Positions 1-8,208 of a stretch of DNA of 64,000 nt are shown in pieces. Below the pieces are notes generated by a model. The model ran no database searches. It was given only the letters and a program-made list of their open reading frames with translations, and was not told the DNA's origin. This DNA comes from Fibrobacteria bacterium. Its GTDB lineage: Bacteria > Fibrobacterota > Chitinivibrionia > Chitinivibrionales > FEN-1185. The translations under genes were made by a program, and so were the position numbers. Location: positions 1-64,000 of the forward strand of contig JBBIGR010000016.1 in assembly GCA_037447435.1 (NCBI GenBank), read 5' to 3'. Within the stretch, counting starts at the first letter, position 1; each line of letters opens with the position of its first letter.

Positions 1-53
1 TGTACCATGCCGGATCAAACGATAATGGGGTGCCGAATGGGCAAGAATAGGCA
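1..53 (-). mobile_element. probable IS21-family terminal end (element continues off the window)
   Basis: Minus strand reads TGCCTATTCTTGCCC-ATTCGGCA-CCCCATTATCGTTTG-ATCCGGCA: a TG start plus tandem internal repeats, as in IS21/IS408-type ends. It interrupts the ORF starting at 151. Confidence 0.45.
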
Positions 54-233
54 TTCACTTCCAATAACACCTGATATTTCTTCTCACCAGATAAATTCTT
101 CCGCTTACGGGGTGGCTGTTGATTAACTGGGGGCAATTGTCGGTTTTCCATTGTGTTCCCTTTTATCCGCCCGGAAAATGTTTAATACCCAATGCTCTTA
201 TAATTTAGTTTAATTAAACCGGGAAAACGGACA
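54..233 (-). mobile_element. possible IS3-family left end with N-terminus of transposase OrfA, interrupted
   Basis: ATG at 151 with upstream AAGGGA gives MENRQLPPVNQQPPRKRKNLSGEKKYQVLLEV, resembling HTH_Tnp_1 N-termini. Candidate TG-starting end at 233. Confidence 0.35.
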
Positions 234-265
234 TGATCTCAGAAACGGCGGGCGATATGCTTCTG

Positions 266-359
266 AGACAATTTCACATTTGCTTCAAGCTGGATGTTGG
301 CTTTGCCGATGTCATCGTCGAAAAAACGCCAGCCGGTAGCTTCGAGGAGCTTGTTTATT
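266..359 (-). repeat. possible degenerate attC site
   Basis: Imperfect hairpin (aagct..gttggc / gccagc..agctt) just downstream of the kinase gene. GTT is present at 353 but no intact AAC core on the other side. Confidence 0.25.
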
Positions 360-395
360 TTTATGCGGGATTTTGCTTCTTTGGACATAACACTC

Positions 396-1505
396 TCAAT
401 TGAAACGGTTTTCAATCTCTGCCACTAAACCTGCAATAGTATTTGTCGTAAACGAATTGTCTTTTCTCCAACCCGAACTCTTCTCCTTTTCTGCATAGTA
501 TACAGAATGTTTGGTATCAAATTGAATTCTATATTTGATTTGTCCGTATCGAACTGGCAAAGCACCTTCAATACGCCAATCATGAATATCATGCCGTATT
601 GCTGTCATTCTTACAAGAAATTCATTGCAAGTGGAAAAACGAGAAGCCGGATTTGTATTGCATGCTTTCTTAATAGTACGGCGGAGAGGATCGCAAACCC
701 ATGGAGGCAAAGTAGAAATATCTACCATCTTGCCTTTCGCAATAAGCTTCTTTATGCATTCTGATGCGAAAAGTTGTTTGTCAATTGAGTCTTCAGTGTT
801 ATGGTATTTAAGGAGCTGTTTAGCATTTAACCAAGCTGCTTCATCATAGGGAAAGTGTCCGCCAAGAAGCTGAAAGAGAAGAATGCCAATTTGATAAAGG
901 TCACCTGTTATTCCGTATCGTTGATTCAAAACTGATTCTGGCGGCCTGTATGCAAGAGAATGACCAGAACCTGGAACCGTCGTGCTTCCTTCCGGTATTT
1001 GTTTAACAGAGCCAAAATCACCAATTAAGGCCCGTCCAGTATTATTGATCAGAATATTTTGAGCCTTAAGGTCGCGGTGGAGAAGGTTGGCAGTATGCAG
1101 GTGGCTTAATCCTGCCAAGATATCACGAACTAACTCAACTGCCCTTAAATTACCTTGAATTCCAGCACTGATTTCTACATCTAAATCACCTCTTTCATAG
1201 AACGGCGTCAAAAAATACGCATAATCATTATTTACAAAAGAGGCATCTTGAATAGGTATTACATTCTCTGAGTTTATTGCTGCTAAATGCCGGGGTTCAG
1301 TATGATAAGTGGGGTCTCCACTCCAATCATAAAATTTTATAGCTACTTTTTGGCCATGAATTCTATTTCGTCCAAAAAAGAGCCATCCACAAGCTCCTTT
1401 CTGGCTCTGCTTCTCTATTTGAATACTTTGTGATAATTCACGCAGTTTATCTTTAATCGGTTGCGGAACGGCAAGAATATCAAGATTTAAGTTTGGCTGG
1501 TTCAT
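396..1505 (-). CDS. Hanks-type Ser/Thr protein kinase
   Basis: VAIK, HRDLKAQN, DFG, YRPPE and DLYQIG motifs; extra C-terminal domain; overlaps the upstream gene by 4 nt. Confidence 0.9.
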   Translation of the reverse strand: MNQPNLNLDILAVPQPIKDKLRELSQSIQIEKQSQKGACGWLFFGRNRIHGQKVAIKFYDWSGDPTYHTEPRHLAAINSENVIPIQDASFVNNDYAYFLTPFYERGDLDVEISAGIQGNLRAVELVRDILAGLSHLHTANLLHRDLKAQNILINNTGRALIGDFGSVKQIPEGSTTVPGSGHSLAYRPPESVLNQRYGITGDLYQIGILLFQLLGGHFPYDEAAWLNAKQLLKYHNTEDSIDKQLFASECIKKLIAKGKMVDISTLPPWVCDPLRRTIKKACNTNPASRFSTCNEFLVRMTAIRHDIHDWRIEGALPVRYGQIKYRIQFDTKHSVYYAEKEKSSGWRKDNSFTTNTIAGLVAEIENRFN

Positions 1506-1912
1506 GGAAGTGCCGCAAATGATGCTTTAAAGGCATCATGTTGATAATTGTTAATATCAGTTGGAATTGTTACTGGCTTTTTTCTTAGCACAGCTGCAAT
1601 TCTATTGGGAGAGATTAACTCTACAGGGCAGCCATCATAAAGTTGAATAATGCCTTCCAGTTTGAAGCTGGTAGCGCCACCAGCGTATTGTCCCTTTTTA
1701 CTGCGTGACTTGATTACGACTTTTTCACACGTATTCTCACGGAGGTAGGCAAAAATGGCTTCGCGGAATGCACGAATTTCGCTCTGATTTGTGTCGTCAG
1801 CACATGTGATTTTACAGACATTGGATGGAATAAGGCTAAAGCCATTCTTATCGCCGTCCAATGTAATCAAACGAGCATCAGAACCAGCTAATTCAATTCC
1901 GCAAATCTTCAT
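1502..1912 (-). CDS. DUF3010 family protein (RNase H-like fold)
   Basis: MKICGIEL.GS start and KG.YAGGATSFKLEGIIQL motif. Confidence 0.8.
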   Translation of the reverse strand: MKICGIELAGSDARLITLDGDKNGFSLIPSNVCKITCADDTNQSEIRAFREAIFAYLRENTCEKVVIKSRSKKGQYAGGATSFKLEGIIQLYDGCPVELISPNRIAAVLRKKPVTIPTDINNYQHDAFKASFAALP

Positions 1913-2080
1913 TTTGACCTCTCTTCAATTGCATTTGCAGCCCTTAGGACGGGGCGGCTGTCTTAAGGGGGGGCGCTCTTTCTGTTTTATCGATTAAAAA
2001 TAGATTTCACCATTCATTATGGCTTTGCTTTTCTTGTCTTCCCGCCGCCGACTATAATTTCATTCTGCCTGGTTTATTTT

Positions 2081-2219
2081 GCACAACGTTTTGCCAATGG
2101 TGAAGTGCCCGGCGATGGGCGAGTGCCAGCGAAGCGCGGACATGAGCCCTCAAACGCCGGGCATTTGCCTTGTGCCGAGGACGGGCTCCGCCTGCCGCAG
2201 CACCATTGGCATGTTAGCG
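2081..2219 (-). repeat. integron attC site (139 bp)
   Basis: Minus strand CGCTAAC ... GTTGTGC with perfect inner stem TGCCAATGGTG/CACCATTGGCA and further nested stems. Confidence 0.85.
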
Positions 2220-2298
2220 GCTGTGTTTGCGCTGCTACCGCAATGTATTAGCCGCCGATTCGTCTTTGCATTCGGATTTTCTCGCGCCCCTCTTTGCA

Positions 2299-3006
2299 CT
2301 ATTCGCCGCCGCATGGAACTGCGCCGGCCTTAGAATCCGCTTTTTTGTCGTGCTCAATGGGTTCAAGTTTCCATGTCATTCTATTGCGGCTCATTCCGTC
2401 CACTTCAAAGTTTATGATTCTGCATCGCTTATCAGATGGATGTTTCACAATGGCAACATGATCAAATGTAAAATCTTTGCAGATAATACCACAGAATCTA
2501 CCCATATATGGTTTGCCGACAAGATGGCTGCATGTACCGTATTCTTTCCCGCAAATAGAACATTGTTGAAACTTAACAATGGTTCCAGAGCTCATAAAAA
2601 CCTGCGGCGGGAAAACCAATTCCTCAATTAATTCCAGACGCTCCAATTGCTGGATAACATGAGAAAAGCCTTTGTGGGCTCTAACAGCATCGGAAGCAGA
2701 CATCTGAGATGCAACTAGCGCATCCCATGCAGAATCTGCCTTCGATTCCTTTAATAGGACCCACATTTTTAATTCATTTATAAGACAATCGCAAACGCAT
2801 TCAAAGCCTAAGAGCAAATTTGCTAAATCCTCATCGCCCTTTTTTATTGCATCGTGCTTTTTCTTTGAGACCTCTTCCAACAAATTGGTTAACCGAGCTT
2901 GAGCTTCAATTTGCAGGGCAGAATCTCTAGTTATAGAAAGGTAAACCTCGCATTCACGAATTATTTCATTATAGGTTTCATAAAATGGAGCTGTTTGGCT
3001 ATTCAT
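2299..3006 (-). CDS. cassette protein: helical N-terminus plus Zn-ribbon domain resembling a phage prohead protease C-terminus
   Basis: 235-aa ORF with CSICG.....CSH..G..Y.G..C and DHVAIV..P motifs; overlaps the upstream gene. Confidence 0.7.
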   Translation of the reverse strand: MNSQTAPFYETYNEIIRECEVYLSITRDSALQIEAQARLTNLLEEVSKKKHDAIKKGDEDLANLLLGFECVCDCLINELKMWVLLKESKADSAWDALVASQMSASDAVRAHKGFSHVIQQLERLELIEELVFPPQVFMSSGTIVKFQQCSICGKEYGTCSHLVGKPYMGRFCGIICKDFTFDHVAIVKHPSDKRCRIINFEVDGMSRNRMTWKLEPIEHDKKADSKAGAVPCGGE

Positions 3007-3493
3007 TACTTGCCCCTTTTATCACATCTGCAAGGTTAATGAGACCTTCTGGTGGTCCTTGGTAGCTTATTTTCTTACATGTTTTTGATTTTGACCTCTC
3101 TACCACAATTTCTATTTTGACCTCTGGTTTACCGGTAATTCCCTTATAAAAATCAGTCACATAATTTGCAATGACGCCAAGAGCAATCGAAATTAAATGT
3201 GGATTGTGTGAAAGGAGGGCTGATGAAACAAATAGCAACGGAGAAACCCATTCAAAGGCATTATTTTGCACATAAGCAGCTTTTTTGTCAGCAGGCAAAA
3301 TATCAGTCAGTGGAATGCTATTATTCCTAAATAGAGTTCGAACAGTCGCAGATTCTGAAGCATGGCGGAATTCATCAATATTGGCCGCGATCTCGAAATT
3401 TAATGGAAGGATGGCAAAATCAGAAACATTATTGCAGCCTGTAGCATAAAGCTTTTCAGGTACGTCAATGTAATCAATAACATTTATCCCCAT
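2999..3493 (-). CDS. hypothetical cassette protein with a hydrophobic hairpin
   Basis: ATG at 3493 with AGGAGG RBS (the longer ORF start runs through the attC-like hairpin); hydrophobic PLLFVSSALL...LISIALGVIANYV. Confidence 0.75.
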   Translation of the reverse strand: MGINVIDYIDVPEKLYATGCNNVSDFAILPLNFEIAANIDEFRHASESATVRTLFRNNSIPLTDILPADKKAAYVQNNAFEWVSPLLFVSSALLSHNPHLISIALGVIANYVTDFYKGITGKPEVKIEIVVERSKSKTCKKISYQGPPEGLINLADVIKGASNE

Positions 3494-3506
3494 GTTTCCT
3501 CCTTTT

Positions 3507-3571
3507 GCATAACTTGGAAATTTAGCAATTTGCATGTGCTTTCTTTCGCGCATGGAACTGCGCCGTTAATG
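3507..3571 (-). repeat. short attC-like site (65 bp)
   Basis: Minus strand CATTAAC ... GTTATGC enclosing an imperfect stem GCAGTT.CATGCGC/GCACATG.AATTGC, located between two genes. Confidence 0.55.
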
Positions 3572-3578
3572 CACCATT

Positions 3579-3899
3579 TCAGACGCCCTTAATTTTTATT
3601 ACGATTGCTTCTCCTATGAAATCGCCTGACCAAAGAAATAGCTTTGTATTGATTGATATTTTGTCCTTAACCTTATCAGGAAATAGAAACACAATTAACA
3701 ATTCATAGGGAATGCCTTTTTTTATTGATAAATTGTCAGATATCCTAATCCGAACATCCCAACCTTCCTTGGTTGATTTCTCATTAATGCTTACAGGACA
3801 ACCAAAGTAGTTAACATTTTTATAAAGATTCTGAAAATCAAAATCTTTATAAAATGTAACGATGGCGGTTATCTGATAATCAATATTTTCAAATATCAT
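3579..3899 (-). CDS. small beta-rich protein, EF-Tu domain-III-like
   Basis: 106 aa with pattern GCP..GWD.RI..I..G..IVFL.P..LFLWSG..IGEA.V. Confidence 0.6.
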   Translation of the reverse strand: MIFENIDYQITAIVTFYKDFDFQNLYKNVNYFGCPVSINEKSTKEGWDVRIRISDNLSIKKGIPYELLIVFLFPDKVKDKISINTKLFLWSGDFIGEAIVIKIKGV

Positions 3900-4059
3900 A
3901 AAATCGCCTTTTCAAACAAAAAGCAGAGATCATATGATTCATTCGTTTCGATTCCTTTTTTCGCCGCATTTATGCGGCTTATTCCGGGGCGCGATTTAGC
4001 TCTCTAATTATTGCCTTTCTCGGCGGCCTATAATTCATTCAGCGCAAACATTGCCGCTA

Positions 4060-4496
4060 ACTACCCCAAAGTATGCTAGCATACTTTGGGGTAAAATGGA
4101 TCGTATTATGCATATTCAGCATTATAAATCTCAAATTTGAATATCGATGATAAATTTATTGTATCTTTTTTCCAACTCCGTTCCTTTTCCCCCAAATCGC
4201 CTTGTCTTAACTTAACCGATTACGCAACTTCCAATAAATAAAATATCCCTTCCCCTTGTTAATATCGTCCTTCAATACCCACAAAGTCAAATAATTCCGC
4301 TTATTATACCAAATCAATCTTAAGTGTAATCAAACGTTGATTACACCTTAACTAACGCAATGCCAATGCTTTATGAAAAATAGGAAAAATTCGAAAACAT
4401 GCCTTCGTGGCGAAATGGAAGGGTATATTGAATGAAAAAGCTGGAGACGCGGACAAAGAAGAAGTGCAAAAAAGAAGGTCGAGAGTTTTGGGTAGT
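4060..4496. repeat. non-coding array-leader module, copy A (attI/Pc-like, with terminal inverted repeats)
   Basis: Direct repeat of 9181-9837; 4246-4380 is identical to 9366-9500; ends are ACTACCCCAAA and TTTTGGGTAGT; abuts core GTTAGCG. Confidence 0.85.
4303..4346 (-). promoter_or_regulatory. candidate cassette promoter (Pc) with overlapping palindromic operator, copy A
   Basis: Minus strand TTGATT-N19-TATAAT with extended -10 TG; perfect inverted repeat GTGTAATCAA-acg-TTGATTACAC over the -35. Confidence 0.55.
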
Positions 4497-4606
4497 GGAC
4501 ATAAAAGTTGAAAAGCCGTTTTATTTAAATCGATTTCAAAATCCGATATAAAATTTTTAAATGAGTTTCTGAAAAAATCTTAGATTTTTTGGTCAGATTT
4601 GAAATT

Positions 4607-4801
4607 TCATGGATTTATCGATCTTAAATCATAATATCTCGTTTCAGGAGGCGATAAGTTATTATTCTCGTCTTCATCATTTGAACCGGAAAAGACATCT
4701 CTTTTAAAGCATCGAGGTAAAATATCATCCCAAAATGTTATTTTGAATAAATCGGATTTTTGTTCGGTTTCGCCGTTAGTTCCGGATTCTTTTATGCGCA
4801 T
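4607..4801 (-). CDS. small hypothetical protein
   Basis: 64-aa ORF overlapping the stop of the upstream gene. Confidence 0.3.
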   Translation of the reverse strand: MRIKESGTNGETEQKSDLFKITFWDDILPRCFKRDVFSGSNDEDENNNLSPPETRYYDLRSINP

Positions 4802-5898
4802 ACTACACCTCTTTGATAAAAGTCAAGGCGTTCTATACATTTATACATGGTATCGCCGCAAGCTTTGGCCAAATTAACATATGCCAATAAATCGGAACTT
4901 GCGGCAAAAGCGCCATTGGACTTAACGCTAATTTTGATCATACCATAAATTTTCGCTTTTTGCTCGTTATTTAATTGATCGCGTTCATTTGAAATTGGCA
5001 CTACGATTATCCCTTTTTGCTCATTGAACCAATCCAACATGTCTTCATCTAACTTGCAAAGCTTTTTATTTTTTAATTCATGATGACCACTTGGATGCTT
5101 AAAAATAGATCCTTCCGCGCGTTTCTTTAATTTATTAGTAACATACTTTTTTGTGTTTGAAACAATAAAACATCCCGATTCGCTTCCAAGAATATGCGAT
5201 AATGCATACCGATAGATATAGTGCTCTTTTAGCAATATGGGGCGTGAGGTTTTAGTTTCTTGAGGTTTGCTGCTACAAACACAAATAGTATCAAGTTGTG
5301 TATCGCTTTCTTCCAATGCATTAAAAATTTTTGTAACGGTAATTACCTGTTTTTTGTTGCCGCTTTTGTCATATTCGATGCAGTCCGCGAATAATTGGGA
5401 TACATCCGGAGGCGGAAATATTTTTACTACAACATGTGTTTCTTCTTGCGTTGCCTTATGAATGGCCTCTAATAAATTCATTGCGCAATCTTTTGCCAAA
5501 CTTGTTCTCGTTTCATTTATATCAATTCCTATTTTGTTTGTGCCTTTATTTTTTGCTTCATGCCAATGATCGAATAAATACAAATATTTTTCCCTCATTG
5601 TATGACAAATAACATGTGCCCGGCTGGCAAATTCCTGCAAATCATAACCGCTTTGGAGCTTAAATTTTATCATCTTTCCTGCAAGTCCAAGGCATAATAG
5701 AATTAAAGAGAATACAAGGTACCAAAAAAAATGAATTTGATCGGGTGTAGTTAAAACTTTTAAAGTGCTGATTATCGAACCTATTAAGCCGAATACCGAA
5801 CTAAAAATTTCAATTATGCTCACCGGCTTTGAAATTAGAAATCGGCCAAGATGGTGGCTTATTTTATTCACATTAATCCTTGTTTTATTAAATAGCAA
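4792..5898 (-). CDS. membrane-anchored protein with a C-terminal GAF-like domain
   Basis: Two N-terminal hydrophobic helices; GIIVVPI...IYGMIKIS...NGAF...LAKACGD GAF-type ending; TTG start is uncertain. Confidence 0.65.
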   Translation of the reverse strand: MLFNKTRINVNKISHHLGRFLISKPVSIIEIFSSVFGLIGSIISTLKVLTTPDQIHFFWYLVFSLILLCLGLAGKMIKFKLQSGYDLQEFASRAHVICHTMREKYLYLFDHWHEAKNKGTNKIGIDINETRTSLAKDCAMNLLEAIHKATQEETHVVVKIFPPPDVSQLFADCIEYDKSGNKKQVITVTKIFNALEESDTQLDTICVCSSKPQETKTSRPILLKEHYIYRYALSHILGSESGCFIVSNTKKYVTNKLKKRAEGSIFKHPSGHHELKNKKLCKLDEDMLDWFNEQKGIIVVPISNERDQLNNEQKAKIYGMIKISVKSNGAFAASSDLLAYVNLAKACGDTMYKCIERLDFYQRGVVCA

Positions 5899-6170
5899 AA
5901 TGAGAAAATTAAAGTTTTATTTTCAATTATTAAAAACCTAAATTTTAAATTTAACAAAGAATGCAAGTCGTTAGGATTTTAATATTTTAAATTTGCGAGA
6001 TTGTAAGTTTATTTGCCGGTGAATGTTTTAACATAAATATTGGCAGGTAATTAAAACAACAAAAACAATAAAGATATTTTTTAAGTGTAAAGAAATCTTA
6101 TCGACAATGCGTACCAAGAGCTCCGGCAATTTGCCGGTTACCACGCGGACTGTTTTGGAAAACGTCTCAC

Positions 6171-6259
6171 CCGTGCCTTCGAGAGCCTCAGGCGACGGGT
6201 TGTTATTCTATCTGGTGGCCTTGATTTTATCCGGTGGCTGAGGCTCTCGAAGCCACCGG
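6171..6259. repeat. inverted pair of REP-like palindromes
   Basis: CTTCGAGAGCCTCAG (6177) and CTGAGGCTCTCGAAG (6238), each inside its own hairpin. Confidence 0.75.
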
Positions 6260-6361
6260 CAGGGAGTTCCTCTTTCATGAACCATTACTGCGAATTCCAA
6301 TAAACCTTTTGTTTCTTTTTGTTTTTTCTTCTCTGCATCTTATTATAGAGAAATTTATTGA

Positions 6362-6511
6362 TACCAACGTTTCACGCACTGCCGAAGTTGCCGCATTGGC
6401 GACATGACGGTGCCAGCGAAGCGCGGACGGTGACGGAGGCATCAAACGCTGGCAATTTGCCGAAGGCCGAGGACGGGCTTCGCCCGCCGCAGCACAAAGC
6501 GGCTGTTGTAA
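6362..6511 (-). repeat. integron attC site (150 bp)
   Basis: Minus strand TTACAAC ... GTTGGTA; shares GTGCCAGCGAAGCGCGGAC and GCCGAGGACGGGCT.CGCC.GCCGCAGCAC with the 2081 site. Confidence 0.8.
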
Positions 6512-6662
6512 GCAGTGAATTTGCACCCTACCATAGTATTTCTTTTCGCCGCCATCTATGATTTTCATCCTACTTCGTGCCCGATTTCCTCGCCGGGACA
6601 CATGACGTGTGGAGGCGATTTTGCTGAAATGCTGCAAATGATGATTGGTACTGAAAGATACC

Positions 6663-7469
6663 CTAATTCCCTTCGTTATTTTTGTTAGAGAAAAATGGGT
6701 GATTTCCAAAAAATTTGACTGGTAGTGGGATATCGCATGAAATATCCATACTCTTATCAAATATCTCGAATGAAATAGACGCATATTTCGCGGATCTGTA
6801 CATAAAATCAGGTTCAATAGGAATTTTATGTATTTTTGGAACCAAATGCCATTTGTGCATAGGATTTGTGCATGGGGTTGTATTGAAAATACCGATGTGT
6901 TGCCACATGTTATGAGCTACGCCACTGAACGGTACATACGCATGCTTATAAATAGATTCCCTCCCAATCTCCTTTGCCATTTCTCTTGCTGTCATTCCAG
7001 ACCACGCCCCGACATTTACTTCAGTTGCCCAATCAGCGAGCTGACCATTTAGCCATTCTTTCCTAATTTTTATCAATTTATTAAGCTGTTCTGCATCGGA
7101 AGGTTCTGACTCTTCTTGCAATGCTTCTTCAAGAAATTCTATAAATAATTTCTCCTGACCAAGGCCGTATAGTACAAATTTTTTGCACCTCTGTAGAGGG
7201 TCTGCAAGTACCCAACCGAGAGAAATATATGCATCAATTTGACAGCGAAGGAACAATGGAGCAACATGTGCATTCCAGATTGAAGGGGCTTTTACCATTT
7301 CAATTGTTAATGTTGCTTGGCGAGATAGAAGCGCACCGATGCATTCATGTACCCAATTATCATAAATATCGGGCTTGACTGCCTCCCATCGTTTCTCAAA
7401 GCCCAATTGGACATTATCGATATAATCTTTTATAAATGAATCTAACGACTTTTCGGCGTTTTCAGCCAT
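6663..7469 (-). CDS. DUF5677-like (HEPN-like) protein
   Basis: LFLRCQIDAYISL and Y..FSGVAH.MW motifs; all-helical character. Confidence 0.65.
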   Translation of the reverse strand: MAENAEKSLDSFIKDYIDNVQLGFEKRWEAVKPDIYDNWVHECIGALLSRQATLTIEMVKAPSIWNAHVAPLFLRCQIDAYISLGWVLADPLQRCKKFVLYGLGQEKLFIEFLEEALQEESEPSDAEQLNKLIKIRKEWLNGQLADWATEVNVGAWSGMTAREMAKEIGRESIYKHAYVPFSGVAHNMWQHIGIFNTTPCTNPMHKWHLVPKIHKIPIEPDFMYRSAKYASISFEIFDKSMDISCDIPLPVKFFGNHPFFSNKNNEGN

Positions 7470-8208
7470 CAGAATTCTCCTTTACATTCACTTCGCATGC
7501 AGAAAGATGGAAATTATGATTCCAAAAATATTTGGACCAGGTAAAGGTTAATTGGAGCATTGCAAATTCTGCCATTGCACTTGATCGCACAAATCCAGCT
7601 GCACGTTTTGCTTCTTCAGAGTCTGGTGAATTAAAAATAGAATTAATATCGGGCAGATCAATCGTAGAATTAAGCATAATTGCTTTTGTTACAAAGCGAT
7701 ATAGCAGCATTGAGGCATATAAGGCTATTCCCGGAGTTTCGTATTTATTTAGGGCTTTCTTTAAGCAAACTTTCAATCGATCAATTAATTCGCTTTTGTT
7801 ATAAACATTTTCTGGAGGACCAAAAAATTTGATTGGGCATTCATCATAAAGCAGGACTAAGGGAGCGATAGCATTTTGAACTTTACCTAATATGCCTTTT
7901 TTATTTAGTGATTCCGTTAAAGCTAATTTTTGCTCCTGCGTAAATGTGCTGTAAGAGGAAATAAGCGCGAAATTTTGGGGTATTTCTTGATTTTGAATGT
8001 CCTTTGCCGTAACGAATATTTCTTGCTGAATTCTTGCGCTTGGTATATAACCAAAAAGCTCATTCAGAAGAGCAATCCACACAAGTTCAGGAAGTATATC
8101 ATTCACATAGGTTACATTGAAATTCATCTTTGGAATTTGCAGCATCGGGGGGATAAATCGCTTGCCTATTTTTTTATGCCCCTGGAGAATTTGCTTTTTC
8201 TTTTTCAT
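7462..8208 (-). CDS. hypothetical protein, coupled partner of the DUF5677-like gene
   Basis: Likely start MKKKKQILQGHKKIGKRFIPP at 8208; overlaps the next gene by 8 nt. Confidence 0.75.
   Translation of the reverse strand: MKKKKQILQGHKKIGKRFIPPMLQIPKMNFNVTYVNDILPELVWIALLNELFGYIPSARIQQEIFVTAKDIQNQEIPQNFALISSYSTFTQEQKLALTESLNKKGILGKVQNAIAPLVLLYDECPIKFFGPPENVYNKSELIDRLKVCLKKALNKYETPGIALYASMLLYRFVTKAIMLNSTIDLPDINSIFNSPDSEEAKRAAGFVRSSAMAEFAMLQLTFTWSKYFWNHNFHLSACEVNVKENSDG

Noticed and set aside
509..520. TTGGTATCAA as the partner repeat for the cassette stub at 6368
   Set aside because: Lies inside the kinase coding region, has no intact GTT register, and the match does not extend
2079..2333. 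84-aa plus-strand ORF
   Set aside because: Lies over the GC-rich attC and inverted repeat
6275..6817. 180-aa minus-strand ORF
   Set aside because: Crosses the attC site and overlaps the DUF5677-like gene out of frame
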